Source: Planctomycetota bacterium
Lineage (GTDB): Bacteria; Planctomycetota; Brocadiia; CAIUPP01
Assembly: GCA_022705425.1 (NCBI GenBank)
Contig: JAKJEM010000001.1
Span: 260,515-324,514, forward strand
DNA length: 64,000 nucleotides
Reading direction: 5' to 3'
The notes beneath the pieces were generated by a model that worked only from the letters and a program-made list of their open reading frames with translations, was not told where the DNA came from and made no database searches. The position numbers were made by a program, and so were the translations under genes. Positions 9,037-18,641 of this stretch are shown one piece after another (positions within the stretch are counted from its first letter, which is position 1; each line of letters starts with the position of its first letter).

Positions 9037-11552
9037 CCCGGCTCCGAACGGGACGGGTGACGCCCCCGCGTCAATCGCCGTCCGGAATCGAGGAGCAGCA
9101 GGATGCTCTGCATCTTGTGCCATTCGCCGGCCAAGGCCGTGAACTGCGCCACCTTGCCGGGCTCGAAGAGGGGATAGCACTCGCGGAAACGGCGACGCCA
9201 GGCCGCGGGCAGGTCGGGCCACGGCACAACGAACGGCGCCGGACGGCTTGCCGCGCCGGGGCGTCCGTAGCGCGCCTCGGGCCGGGGGAGGAGCCGCAAG
9301 CGCGGTTCGCGCAGGTGCGCCCGCGCCCGGGCCGCCAGGGCCGCGTCGCCGGTCCGCGTCCACACGTAGGCGACCAGGTCGGCCAGGATGGTCGTCGCCC
9401 ACCGGTCGCTCAGCGCCGCCGCCTCCACCCGTTCGTCTCGGCGGCGGAGGTGTCGCGGCTGCAACTGGTAGCGCAGGAAGCGCGTCAGAGCCCCCCGCAA
9501 CGGCTCGTGGTCCAGCGTTTCCGCCAGTTCGATGTACGTCTGTGGACCGCCGAAGGAGCCGAACATCATGAGGCGGATCGGGGCCTCGCCCGGGACCGGA
9601 CGCGCCGTCCTCCGCGCGGCGTCCAACTCCACGGACGCCGCCATTCGGCCTGTCTCGTCCACAGCCTCCGCCAGGGCGTCGGCGATGCGCCGCAGCCACT
9701 CCGTGGTATCGGCCAGACCCGTCTCCCGGGCGAACAGCAGATTCGAGACGATCGCCGGGGCGTCGCACGTGCCGTTGGTGACGCGCGCCGGCGTGAAGCG
9801 CCGTGTCGTCGCCGCCAGGAAGACCTGCGCCAGGTCCAGAACCGATCGGTCGCCCGTCAGGTAATAGAGGAACCGCTTCCCGATCGGCTGGCTGATGCGC
9901 GTCTCGTGGCACTGGTCCCCCCAGTGGTTGACGTTGTGCCGCGACCCGAAGCCCGCCGCCGGCCCGATGTGGCGGCAGTCCACGTCCATCACGTGGCGCG
10001 TCATCGCCCGCGCCAGAGTGAAGGCGTCCTCGCGCCCGGTGATGAAGAACGCCTGCCACAGGCCCAGGCAGGGCAGGAGTTCGTCATTGCAGTAGCCGAG
10101 GCCCCCGTAATCGTGGCACCAGCGCCCCTGCGTCCAGTCGAAGCTGTGCGGCAGGTCGAAGTAGTCGAGGTACCCTGTGCCCCCCTCGCGCCGCATTGCT
10201 GCGCCCAGGAAGTCGAGCCACTCGTGGATCGCCGCCACGCGTTCCCGGTCGAAACGCCGCGCCGCCGGGTTGACCGCCCCCGTGTCCGCAAAGTAGTCCG
10301 GCGTCCAGCGCAGCTTCAGCGGCCGGTTCCACGAAAGCGTCGTCGCCGCCGGATTCGGTTCGTTGAACATGAGCAGGACGTCATGGGTCTTGCGGATGCC
10401 CCGCGCGTTGAAACGTTCTTTGTCGAAGGGGATGGGTTTCCGAGAAGTGTACGCCGGCGCTTCGTACATCTGCGGATAGACGAAGTCGCTGTAACGGCGC
10501 AGGTCGAGGCGGTCGGCCCGCGCCGGGTAGAGGCCGACGCGCATCTCCCCGGTGGCGGCGTCCGCCGAGAGCGCTTTGGGGTGATTCTGCGCGAACTCGC
10601 GCACGGCGACCGCCACGCGAGCGCCCGCTCCGGCCAGTTCCATCCAGCCGTCGGCGACAATGCCCTCCCGGCAGAAGACTTCACGCCGGTTGAGGTCCAC
10701 CCAGCGCCGGAGTCGCCAGTGCGTTACCGAGTCCTGATAGAGCTCCGCGTGTCGGAAATCGGGCGTCCACACCGGCGCGCGCTGCCGGGGAAAGCGCGTC
10801 TCGCGCCCGACGTCCGCCCCAAAGGCGAACAGCGCCGCCTTCCCGACCCGCGCTCTCAACCGAAGCTCCGACGCCCGGACGAAGTCGCGCTCGGGGTCTC
10901 CGTCGTAGATCACGCTGTGCGTCAGACGCAGGTCGCGGCGTCCGGCCAGGATCTCGAAGCGCAGTACATAGGGGGCGAAGGTTCGTCCGTCGGAGGAGCG
11001 GTGTTCCCCCCGCACGGCGACGACCGCCCGGAGGCGTCCGCTGACCTCGATCTCCAGGCGGCGCGGCGCGGCACCGGCGAAGTAGTCCGTGCGCGCGGCA
11101 TCGCGCTCAACGGTCATGACCGATTCCAGTCCCGTCGCGAGGCAGCGCCAGGCGCGGCCGCTCCGCGCCTCGATACGGCCCGTCAGCGGCCCGCGGCGGC
11201 GCAGGGTGAAGCGTAGCGCGCCTGTGTTCACGGTCACTCCGGCGGGCGTCGTCCGAAGGACCAGCCCCGGCCCACGTGCGGGACCTCCGACCGCCAGGCG
11301 CAACGTTCGCGTTGCGCCGGGGGCGATGTCGAAGTGCGGCGCGGCCAGGAGCGCCCATTTCCCGCTCCCGTCCGGCCAGCGCGCCAGGAACGCGGCTTCT
11401 GATTCGGTCCGCCGGCCAGCGGCGTCCGTCAGGTGCAACGTTTCCGCCTCTCTCGCAACGCCCTGCGGCAACGGCACGCCCCACACCAGGGGCGGGCGGG
11501 GGGCGGAGAAGCCCGTCTCTTCCCGCACCGTCAGCATCGTGATCGTCTTCAT
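9033..11552 (-). CDS. YetA/PcRGLX-like (PL26) exo-rhamnogalacturonan lyase family protein
   Basis: N-terminal WGVPLPQG; core DYFDLPHSFDWTQGRWCHDYGGLGYCNDE...MTRHVMDVD...GSRHNVNHW...RISQP resembles the PcRGLX/YetA catalytic region. Confidence 0.7.
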   Translation of the reverse strand: MKTITMLTVREETGFSAPRPPLVWGVPLPQGVAREAETLHLTDAAGRRTESEAAFLARWPDGSGKWALLAAPHFDIAPGATRTLRLAVGGPARGPGLVLRTTPAGVTVNTGALRFTLRRRGPLTGRIEARSGRAWRCLATGLESVMTVERDAARTDYFAGAAPRRLEIEVSGRLRAVVAVRGEHRSSDGRTFAPYVLRFEILAGRRDLRLTHSVIYDGDPERDFVRASELRLRARVGKAALFAFGADVGRETRFPRQRAPVWTPDFRHAELYQDSVTHWRLRRWVDLNRREVFCREGIVADGWMELAGAGARVAVAVREFAQNHPKALSADAATGEMRVGLYPARADRLDLRRYSDFVYPQMYEAPAYTSRKPIPFDKERFNARGIRKTHDVLLMFNEPNPAATTLSWNRPLKLRWTPDYFADTGAVNPAARRFDRERVAAIHEWLDFLGAAMRREGGTGYLDYFDLPHSFDWTQGRWCHDYGGLGYCNDELLPCLGLWQAFFITGREDAFTLARAMTRHVMDVDCRHIGPAAGFGSRHNVNHWGDQCHETRISQPIGKRFLYYLTGDRSVLDLAQVFLAATTRRFTPARVTNGTCDAPAIVSNLLFARETGLADTTEWLRRIADALAEAVDETGRMAASVELDAARRTARPVPGEAPIRLMMFGSFGGPQTYIELAETLDHEPLRGALTRFLRYQLQPRHLRRRDERVEAAALSDRWATTILADLVAYVWTRTGDAALAARARAHLREPRLRLLPRPEARYGRPGAASRPAPFVVPWPDLPAAWRRRFRECYPLFEPGKVAQFTALAGEWHKMQSILLLLDSGRRLTRGRHPSRSEPG

Positions 11553-11574
11553 GCCGAATGCCTTTCTCGGGGTC

Positions 11575-12336
11575 CTAGGACAGAAGCGGCGGCCCGCGCC
11601 GGATGGCGTCGCCGGCGTGTCGGAGTACGTGCGCCTCGAACTCGTCGAAGGAGCAGCGTCCCTCCTTGCGGGGGTGCGGGAACTCCCCGGTGGCCAGCAG
11701 CCGCGCCGCCCGTCCGGCGTGGAGGTGGCCGGTCTTATCTATGAACTGACCCCACCAGCCCCAGCCCGAGCGGTTCTCCGGAGGACTGGCGGCCAGGCCG
11801 GCCGCATAGGCCGGAGGGAAGAAGCTGAGGAAGACCGGCACGTCGTTGAGCCATGAACCGCAGGTGATCGTCCGTACCGCAAAGGGGCGCGTCCGAGCGT
11901 GCGCGCACAGGTCGCGCAGCCGCAGGAAACACTCCCTCCGGTCCTCGAAGCACGACCGCGGCATGGAGTTGTTCCGGATGTGCAGCGACACGCCCTCCCG
12001 TTCCGGGTGCGTGTCGTATCGGAAGGAGCCGAACCAGGTGTGGATGGCCGGGTCGCCGGCCAGACGTCCGGCGGCGAAGATCGGCCCCGCGTAGCGCGCC
12101 GCCGCCTCCGCCCGCGCCGGCTCAGAGTCCGCCGTCGTCAGCAGCGCAATCACCCGTTCCAGGAACTCCTCCCACGGCAGCCCGCCCACCGGCATCTGCG
12201 CCTTCCAGGGTGTCTGGGTTTCGATCAGCCGCAGGATCGGCTCGCCCGTTTCGCGGTGTCGGCGCAGGAGGAAACGCGCGTGCAGCCGGGCCGTGTCCGT
12301 GAACATGATCTCGGGAAATCGCGGATAGCTTGCCAT
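11575..12336 (-). CDS. Hypothetical protein (possible GNAT-like C-terminal domain)
   Basis: Coding-like codon use; SLHI...CGSWL...GWGWWGQF motifs; start chosen at ATG 12336. Confidence 0.55.
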   Translation of the reverse strand: MASYPRFPEIMFTDTARLHARFLLRRHRETGEPILRLIETQTPWKAQMPVGGLPWEEFLERVIALLTTADSEPARAEAAARYAGPIFAAGRLAGDPAIHTWFGSFRYDTHPEREGVSLHIRNNSMPRSCFEDRRECFLRLRDLCAHARTRPFAVRTITCGSWLNDVPVFLSFFPPAYAAGLAASPPENRSGWGWWGQFIDKTGHLHAGRAARLLATGEFPHPRKEGRCSFDEFEAHVLRHAGDAIRRGPPLLS

Positions 12337-12424
12337 CCGGGCCTCCGGGCCGTTAGAGTGTCGCCGTGCGCTGCCGATTATCGTTCGCCGGCCCGGTGAA
12401 AGCAAGGTGTTCGCGGAGGGAGCC

Positions 12425-13387
12425 ATGTTCAACGTTGCGCTCGTCGGCGCCGGGCGTCATTCCCGGCGCAATCATGCCGTTGCTCTGCAGCGGATTGCCA
12501 CGGAGTCGTCCGGAGAGGTCCGTCTGGCCGTTGTCTGCGACACCGATCTTGCTGCCGCCGAGCGCTGCCGCGCCGAGTACGGGTTCGAGAGCGCCGCCGG
12601 TTCCATCGAGGAGATGTTCGCCCGGACCGTGCCCGATGCGGTCGTTGCCGTGCTGCCGATCCGCGCCATCCTGCCGACCACCGAAGAACTCCTGCGCCAC
12701 GGGAAGCCGTTGATGATCGAAAAGCCGCTCGGGCGCGGGCCGGCGGAGGCCCGGCGCATCGCCGACGCCGTGCGCCATGCCGGCGTCCCGGTGCAGGTGT
12801 CGCTGAACCGCCGCTACGATCCCGGCTTGCGCCTGGCGCTGGATTGGGCGCGCGAGCAGGGACCCCTGACGTCCGTCCACGGGCGCATGTTGCGCCATCG
12901 CCGCCGCGAGCCCGACTTCCTCTGGGGTACCGCGCCTCACCTGCTCGACGCCCTCTGCCACGTCGCCGGCCCCCTCGAACTGCCGGAGGGGGGTGCGGTC
13001 GCCGTCCCGGGCAACACGCGCTGCAATCGCGTGGGGCGGCTGTGCGGTCCCGCCGGCATCGCGGTGACCTTTGAAATCCTGCCGGACTGCGGGCGGGTGG
13101 ACGAGCGCCTCACCCTGGCGGGCGCCGGCTTTCACGTCGAGGTTTCGACCGGTTCGGCCGCCGCGTGGCAGGCCGAAGCCTGGCGCGGCGGCGCGCTGGA
13201 GTGGTTCCGCGCCGCCGGCTCCGGCGACCCGGAGTTCCTGCGCAACGGGGCCTACGGGGAGATGAAGGCTTTCCTCGACAACCTGAGAGCGCGCCGTCCC
13301 GTGATGCCGGGCGTCGAGGACGCCCTGCACGCCACGCGCCTCGCCGAGGCGCTGGACCGCATGACCCCCGGCTTCGTCGAGGCCTGA
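12425..13387 (+). CDS. Gfo/Idh/MocA family oxidoreductase
   Basis: VALVGAG, MIEKP, NRRYDP, HLLD; SD GGAGGGAG. Confidence 0.85.
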   Translation: MFNVALVGAGRHSRRNHAVALQRIATESSGEVRLAVVCDTDLAAAERCRAEYGFESAAGSIEEMFARTVPDAVVAVLPIRAILPTTEELLRHGKPLMIEKPLGRGPAEARRIADAVRHAGVPVQVSLNRRYDPGLRLALDWAREQGPLTSVHGRMLRHRRREPDFLWGTAPHLLDALCHVAGPLELPEGGAVAVPGNTRCNRVGRLCGPAGIAVTFEILPDCGRVDERLTLAGAGFHVEVSTGSAAAWQAEAWRGGALEWFRAAGSGDPEFLRNGAYGEMKAFLDNLRARRPVMPGVEDALHATRLAEALDRMTPGFVEA

Positions 13388-13391
13388 GCCG

Positions 13392-14765
13392 CTACTCGGA
13401 CAGGTGGAAGGCCGCGGCCAGCGTGCGGCGCAGTTCGCGCGCCAGCTCCTGGCTCGCCTGTCGCACCGCGCTTTCGGCGGCGCGACGCGCCACCGGTTCG
13501 AAGGCGATGCTCTGCGGCACGAAATCGAGGAAGTACCCGGCCATGTCGCGCTGTTCCGGCGCGAAACCGATGGCGGCGGCGAGCTTCCCGCTGCGCAGAT
13601 CGAGGACCAGCGCCTGTGCCTCGGCCCGGTAGTAGTGCATCAGAATCCCCATCCACTTGCGCGTGGCCGCCTCCCGCGCGCTGAACCCCGCCAGCACCAG
13701 GCAATCCGTCTCGGCGCCCGCCAGTTCCCGGAAGTCGTCCAGCGCGCGCGAACGCGTCTCCTCGAAACTCATCTCCCACGGCGACTTCAGCGTGGTTACC
13801 GTGAACCCCAGGTCGCGCGTCGCCGGCGTCAACTCCGCCTCGGCCACGGACGTGGCCGAGGGCTTGCCGTCCACCTCGACGCAGACGAGCACCCCGATGC
13901 GGATACCTTCGCGGGCCTTCATGCCGGCCTTCCACAGGGCCATCAACTGGGGAGTTACCAACGGTCCTTCCGCCGCCTCGCGCGTCGGTTCAAGCGCCCG
14001 CCGCTGCGCGCGGAGACTCAGAAGGGTGACGGCGTTCTTTCCCGCGCGGCTCAACAACACCGCGGCCTCGAGAGTCCGCTTCGCCTCCAGGAGCCTTGTT
14101 CCCGTCGCCGCGTCCTCCTCCACGGAGGCTTGCAGCGTTCGGATCCGGCGCTCGGCGGCCTCGATCGCCGCCGGGCGGTCAATGGCGGCCAGAGCCCAGT
14201 AGGTGTCGCTTGCGGGATCGTACCAGCGGTCCGCGATGAAGACGCTTTCCAGCACCAGGTCCGCCTGGGCAATGACCTCTTGCGCCGCGCGCGTGTACCG
14301 CTCGCGGCTGATGCTCTCGCCCTCGGACGAAGCGCGCAGATCGCGCACGACCCGGTCGCATTGCGTCCGGACACGTTCGCGCACGACTTCCACCACCTGC
14401 ACGCGCGCCCGGTCCTCCGCCGTGCTCAGCGCCGAGTAGGCATTGCCCCGTCCGCGGTCGCACGAACCCGTGCCGGCAACCTCGACCGGAGGCGGGAACT
14501 GCGCCGATACCCCCGTCCGCACCCAATCCGGTCTGGGGCGTCCCGCGGCCATCTCCGGCGGCGGGGCCAGGGCCGGGGCGGTCAAACCGGGCACGGCGCG
14601 CAGATCATGGGCTCCCGGGCGCAGCCCCTCGAGTTCCCGCAGGGCGCGCGCCTTCTGGACGGCGGCGTCGCCCGTCGCGCGCGCGCCCGGTTCCGGCGAA
14701 AACAGCCCGCAGCCGGCCAGAAGGCCCGCCGCCAGGAGCGTCGCCGTTCTCTGCGCCCAGCGCAT
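13392..14765 (-). CDS. Lipoprotein with LPP20-like domain
   Basis: Lipobox LLAGC; PDWV...VAGTG...AEDRAR...WYD..SDTYWALA resembles LPP20. Confidence 0.7.
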   Translation of the reverse strand: MRWAQRTATLLAAGLLAGCGLFSPEPGARATGDAAVQKARALRELEGLRPGAHDLRAVPGLTAPALAPPPEMAAGRPRPDWVRTGVSAQFPPPVEVAGTGSCDRGRGNAYSALSTAEDRARVQVVEVVRERVRTQCDRVVRDLRASSEGESISRERYTRAAQEVIAQADLVLESVFIADRWYDPASDTYWALAAIDRPAAIEAAERRIRTLQASVEEDAATGTRLLEAKRTLEAAVLLSRAGKNAVTLLSLRAQRRALEPTREAAEGPLVTPQLMALWKAGMKAREGIRIGVLVCVEVDGKPSATSVAEAELTPATRDLGFTVTTLKSPWEMSFEETRSRALDDFRELAGAETDCLVLAGFSAREAATRKWMGILMHYYRAEAQALVLDLRSGKLAAAIGFAPEQRDMAGYFLDFVPQSIAFEPVARRAAESAVRQASQELARELRRTLAAAFHLSE

Positions 14766-14860
14766 TGCCGCGCGTCCTCCAAAGACCCGGCCACCGGCGT
14801 CCTCTATAGCATCCCGCCGGCGCGCCGCGCAAGAGCTTTCGCCGGCGGGCTTGAGGCCCC

Positions 14861-14889
14861 TTGCTCCGGCCGCGCGCGCCTGCTACCAT
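14861..14889 (+). promoter_or_regulatory. sigma70-like promoter for smpB (near-leaderless)
   Basis: TTGCTC-17-TACCAT with TGn extension; ends 9 nt before ATG; no SD. Confidence 0.6.
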
Positions 14890-14898
14890 CGTGCCGCC

Positions 14899-15384
14899 AT
14901 GAGCAAAGCACCGAAAGCCGGCGCCAAGGCGTCCGAAGACAACACGATCGCGCGTAACCGCAAGGCCGTCTTCGAGTACGAGATACTCGAGAAGTTCGAG
15001 GCCGGCATTGCGCTGGTCGGGTCGGAGGTCAAATCTCTCCGCAATCGCGATGTCAGCATCAACGAAGCTTTCGCCCGTCCGCGCGGAGGGGAGATCTTCC
15101 TCATCGGGATGAACATCAAGCCCTACGCGATGGCGAGCTACCTGAACCACGACCCCCTGCGCCCGCGCAAACTCCTGCTCCATCGTCGGGAGATCAACCG
15201 CATCATCGGCAAGGTAGCGGAACGAGGGTTTACGCTGATTCCGCTGAGTCTCTTCTGGAAGCACGGCATCGCCAAGTTGAGCCTGGCCGTCGCGCGGGGG
15301 AAGAAGAAGTACGACAAGCGCGATTCCATCCGCAAGCGCGAGGCCGACCGCGACATGAAGCGGCAGATGGGACGACGCCGGTAG
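14899..15384 (+). CDS. smpB: SsrA-binding protein SmpB
   Basis: IARNRKAVFEYEILEKFEAGIALVGSEVKSLR, RKLLLHRREI, RGKKKYDKR. Confidence 0.97.
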   Translation: MSKAPKAGAKASEDNTIARNRKAVFEYEILEKFEAGIALVGSEVKSLRNRDVSINEAFARPRGGEIFLIGMNIKPYAMASYLNHDPLRPRKLLLHRREINRIIGKVAERGFTLIPLSLFWKHGIAKLSLAVARGKKKYDKRDSIRKREADRDMKRQMGRRR

Positions 15385-15406
15385 CCGCGCGGGGCCGCCG
15401 CGGTGG

Positions 15407-16339
15407 CTACCCCTTCCGGGCGCTGCGCAGGAAGGCCTTCGTCTCCGGCAGGCTGGGAATGCCTGCCCGTCCGCCGAGCTTCCGGCACTTCAGCGCCGCC
15501 ACCGCCGCCGCCAGTTCCGCCGCCTTCTTCAACTCCATCTCCTGCGACAGCGCGTAGGCGAAGGCGCCGTGGAAGACGTCGCCGCAGCCGGTGGTGTCCA
15601 CGATCTTCGGCGGCTTGAAGGCGGGCTGGTGGAACTCGCCGCCGCGCCACACGAAATAGCTGCCCTTCGCTCCGGACGTCACGGCCACGACCTTGTCGGG
15701 GTCGGCGGCGCTCAGCTTGCGGAAGTACTTGCGCGCGGCGGTCTGGAAATCGCACTTGCCCACCCGGCTCTGCGCGAAACGCAGGCTGGCCACGACGTGG
15801 GTTGAAAGGGCCGCCAGCCGGTCGTTCTCCGGCGGCGTCAGCTCCGCGTCCATGAGGATCGCCATTCCCTCCTTGCGCGCGTACTCCGCCGCGCGGATCG
15901 CGGCGGCCACCTGGAACCCGTCCACGAACAGGACCTTGCCCGCGATCACATCCGCCCGGCGGACTTCGCCGGGGTTCACCACCGGGGCGTCGTCGAGGCA
16001 GTAGTAGAGGGTGCGGAAGCCCTTGGAGGGGTTGATGACGCCGATGGTTCGGATGGCCGACATGCCGGGGGCGGTGCGGATGCACGAGGTATCCACACCC
16101 TCGCTCCTGAACTCGTTCACGATAAAGCGGGCGTGGTCGTCGTCGCCGAGCTTGCCGATGAAACGAGCCCTGCCGCCCAGGCGCGCCACGGCCACGAGCC
16201 CCGTCGCCACCAGTCCGCCGCCCTGGCGCGTGGTCCCGTAGACCTGCATCTTCTGGTCTTCCTCGATGGGACCTTCATAGATGCCGAGCGTGTCCACGGC
16301 GCAGCAGCCCACGCCGACGACGTCAAAGGTCTCTTGCAT
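15407..16339 (-). CDS. PfkB family carbohydrate kinase
   Basis: GGGLVATGLVAVARLGG, VDTTGCGDVFHGAF; SD GAGGGA before ATG 16339 (alternative leaderless start at 16381). Confidence 0.9.
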   Translation of the reverse strand: MQETFDVVGVGCCAVDTLGIYEGPIEEDQKMQVYGTTRQGGGLVATGLVAVARLGGRARFIGKLGDDDHARFIVNEFRSEGVDTSCIRTAPGMSAIRTIGVINPSKGFRTLYYCLDDAPVVNPGEVRRADVIAGKVLFVDGFQVAAAIRAAEYARKEGMAILMDAELTPPENDRLAALSTHVVASLRFAQSRVGKCDFQTAARKYFRKLSAADPDKVVAVTSGAKGSYFVWRGGEFHQPAFKPPKIVDTTGCGDVFHGAFAYALSQEMELKKAAELAAAVAALKCRKLGGRAGIPSLPETKAFLRSARKG

Positions 16340-16387
16340 GGGGGATTCCCTCGTTCTTGCGATGGTCTCCGAGAGCGGCATGCCCGG

Positions 16388-16417
16388 AGTATAGGCCGCA
16401 CGCGCCCCCTCCGTCAA
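16388..16417 (-). promoter_or_regulatory. sigma70-like promoter for pfkB-type kinase
   Basis: TTGACG-18-TATACT on the minus strand, 6 nt upstream of ATG 16381. Confidence 0.65.
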
Positions 16418-16501
16418 GCGCGGCCGCGCCGCCGCGCTGTGCCACATTGCCCTCGCAACTGACCGGTTACGCGCGCCCCGTTTCGTCGCCCCGCGTCCGA
16501 C

Positions 16502-17674
16502 CTACGGGGTGTCTATCCCCGCCTGCGTGTCGAAATCGTGCCAGACGATGTTGTTGTTGGTGTCGTTATCGCGCCCCGTCGGCCAGTTGTCGTTCAGGGC
16601 GTTGTCGTGAATCCAGGAGGTGTAAAAGTGGTCGTAATAGTCGCCGTCTCCCACCCACCAGATGAAGCGCTGCTGCTGATCGGAGGCCCAGGCCACGTGG
16701 CCGTCGCCGTAGAGGACGTTGTAGCCCTCGCGGTGAGCGTAGTAGCCGCAGCCGGGCACTTCGCTGCCCTTCCACAACGGCGCGCCAGCAGGGATGTTGA
16801 CGTCCGGGCCGCCCTTCGAGAAGGAGTCCGAAAAGACCGAGCGACCGCCGAGTAGTTTGCTGGTCTTGAAGGGCGGGCAGCCGGGGATCGCGTAAACGAA
16901 CGGCTTCGTCCAGATGATCCGGTTGCGCGTCTTCGTCCAGGTTGTTCTGCCCGGATAGTTGGCCGCCGTGATGCCGGGATTGTCGCCCACGGCGTAGCGA
17001 TTGCCCATGAACGTCCCGCGGTAGTTGTAGGCGCATTGCACGGCCAGGCCGGTCGTGCCCTCCACCTTGCCCGCCCAGCCCCAGTCGCCGTAGCTCAGCG
17101 TCCGTCCGTCAAAGCCCCCCGCCCGCTTCCAGTGCCCCAGGCTGAAGAGGGTCATTCGCGTGTTCGGATTGTCCGGGCCCATCCCTTCCGACGAGGGGCA
17201 GTAGAAGACCCGCGCATCATTCAGGTAACCGGTGGTCAGAAGGTACCCCAGACCCTGTGGGGCGATGTTGAGTTGTCCGGCGGCAACCGGCATGTAGTCC
17301 AGCGTGCCGGTGGCGGGGTTGTAGCTTCGCCCGTATCCCAGGTTGCGCAGCAGCGGGCTGCCGTTCCAGATGATCTGCGCCGAGCCCTTGACGATCTTTC
17401 CGGTGTGGGGGTCGGCGTAGAGCCCGAAGCCGTAGTCGTAGGGGTCGTAGGAGTATCCCCAGCCGCCCCAGGAGGGGAAGTACTCGTCGTAGTCGGCCAG
17501 GTAGTTCATCAGGGCCTTGTTGACCTGGTCCATCTGTCCCATGCACGCCGAGCGGCGGGCCTTTTCCCGCGCGCTCGCCAGGGCGGGCAGGAGCATGGCG
17601 GCGAGAATGGCGATGATGGCGATAACGACCAGCAACTCGATCAGCGTGAATGCGCTCCATCGAATCCGCAACAT
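16502..17674 (-). CDS. Prepilin-type N-terminal cleavage/methylation protein with H-X9-DG motif (DUF1559-like), copy 1
   Basis: [35 protein letters not shown]; CPSS; GCPPFKTSK; [12 protein letters not shown]. Confidence 0.9.
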   Translation of the reverse strand: MLRIRWSAFTLIELLVVIAIIAILAAMLLPALASAREKARRSACMGQMDQVNKALMNYLADYDEYFPSWGGWGYSYDPYDYGFGLYADPHTGKIVKGSAQIIWNGSPLLRNLGYGRSYNPATGTLDYMPVAAGQLNIAPQGLGYLLTTGYLNDARVFYCPSSEGMGPDNPNTRMTLFSLGHWKRAGGFDGRTLSYGDWGWAGKVEGTTGLAVQCAYNYRGTFMGNRYAVGDNPGITAANYPGRTTWTKTRNRIIWTKPFVYAIPGCPPFKTSKLLGGRSVFSDSFSKGGPDVNIPAGAPLWKGSEVPGCGYYAHREGYNVLYGDGHVAWASDQQQRFIWWVGDGDYYDHFYTSWIHDNALNDNWPTGRDNDTNNNIVWHDFDTQAGIDTP

Positions 17675-17736
17675 GGCGCCCTCCGCAGAAGAAGACGGCA
17701 GCGGCCCTTTCTGCTCCGCGTCGTGAGTTCAAGATA

Positions 17737-17766
17737 ATGTTATGGCTCTTCACGCGCGAAAGTCAA
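17737..17766 (-). promoter_or_regulatory. Putative promoter for DUF1559-like copy 1
   Basis: TTGACT-18-TAACAT on the minus strand in an AT-richer patch; overlaps imperfect palindrome ATAATGTTAT. Confidence 0.45.
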
Positions 17767-17829
17767 GGAAGATCTCGCCCGCAGCGGGAGAGGTGTCGGC
17801 GCACCGCCTTCCGCCCCGACGCCGGCCCT

Positions 17830-18624
17830 TCACTTGCGCGCAGGCAGGGTCGAGCTGCGGACCGAGCCGATGGTGAAGCCTCCGTCCACCAGGAAGAGTT
17901 CGCCGTTGACGTAGCCGGAGCACTCCGAGGCCAGGAAGACGGCGGCCGCCCCCATCTCCTCCGGCTCCGCGATCCGCCCCACGGGGATGCGCGTTGCGAT
18001 CGTCTTCACCCATTCCGGGTCCTCCCAGAGCACGCGCGTCTGCTCGGTGCGGCACCAGCCGGGGGCCAGGACGTTGCAGGTGATCCCCTGCGGCCCCCAC
18101 TCCGCCGCCAGGCTCTTGGTCATCTGCAGGATTCCGCCGCGGCTGGCGCAGTAGGCGGTGATATGCGGGTAAGCGTTCACGCAGGTGGCCGAGCCGATGT
18201 TGATGATCCGGCCCCATCCGCGCGCCAGCATCTGCGGCGCCAGCGCCTGGCTGCAGAAGAAGACGCCCTTCAAGTTCGTATCGAGGACGCGGTCCCACTG
18301 CTCCCAGGTCAGTTCCGTCGCCGGGGTGCGGATATTCATCCCGGCGTTGTTGACCAGGATGTCCACCCGCCCGTAGCGCTCGATCGCCCGCGCGGTCAGC
18401 GCGCGGATGTCGGCCTCGATCGTCACGTCGAGCTTCACCGCCAGCGCCTGGCGTCCCAGCGCTGCAATCTCCGCCGCCACCGGGGTCAGCACGGCGGGGT
18501 CGCGGCTGGTGATGACGACATCCGCCCCCGCGCCGGCCAGCGCCAGCGCGATGGCCTTGCCCAGCCCGCGACTGGACCCGGTGACAACGGCAACCTTGCC
18601 GGCAAGGTCTATGGTCATGGGCAT
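17830..18624 (-). CDS. Short-chain dehydrogenase/reductase (gluconate 5-dehydrogenase/KduD-like)
   Basis: VTGSSRGLG, NNAG, YCASR, NVLAPG, VDGG; SD AGGAG. Confidence 0.9.
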   Translation of the reverse strand: MPMTIDLAGKVAVVTGSSRGLGKAIALALAGAGADVVITSRDPAVLTPVAAEIAALGRQALAVKLDVTIEADIRALTARAIERYGRVDILVNNAGMNIRTPATELTWEQWDRVLDTNLKGVFFCSQALAPQMLARGWGRIINIGSATCVNAYPHITAYCASRGGILQMTKSLAAEWGPQGITCNVLAPGWCRTEQTRVLWEDPEWVKTIATRIPVGRIAEPEEMGAAAVFLASECSGYVNGELFLVDGGFTIGSVRSSTLPARK

Positions 18625-18641
18625 GTCCGGACTCCTTCGGA

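Noticed and set aside
6760-10059. Very long antisense or overlapping ORFs (e.g. 6760-10059 -, 24073-27183 +, 45459-48389 -, 52930-56343 -)
   Set aside because: Shadow frames of real genes in a ~70% GC genome; no recognisable motifs; biased Arg/Gly/Ala/Pro content
15385-15406. tmRNA (ssrA) next to smpB
   Set aside because: Only 22 nt separate smpB from the convergent gene; no tRNA-like ends found in the window
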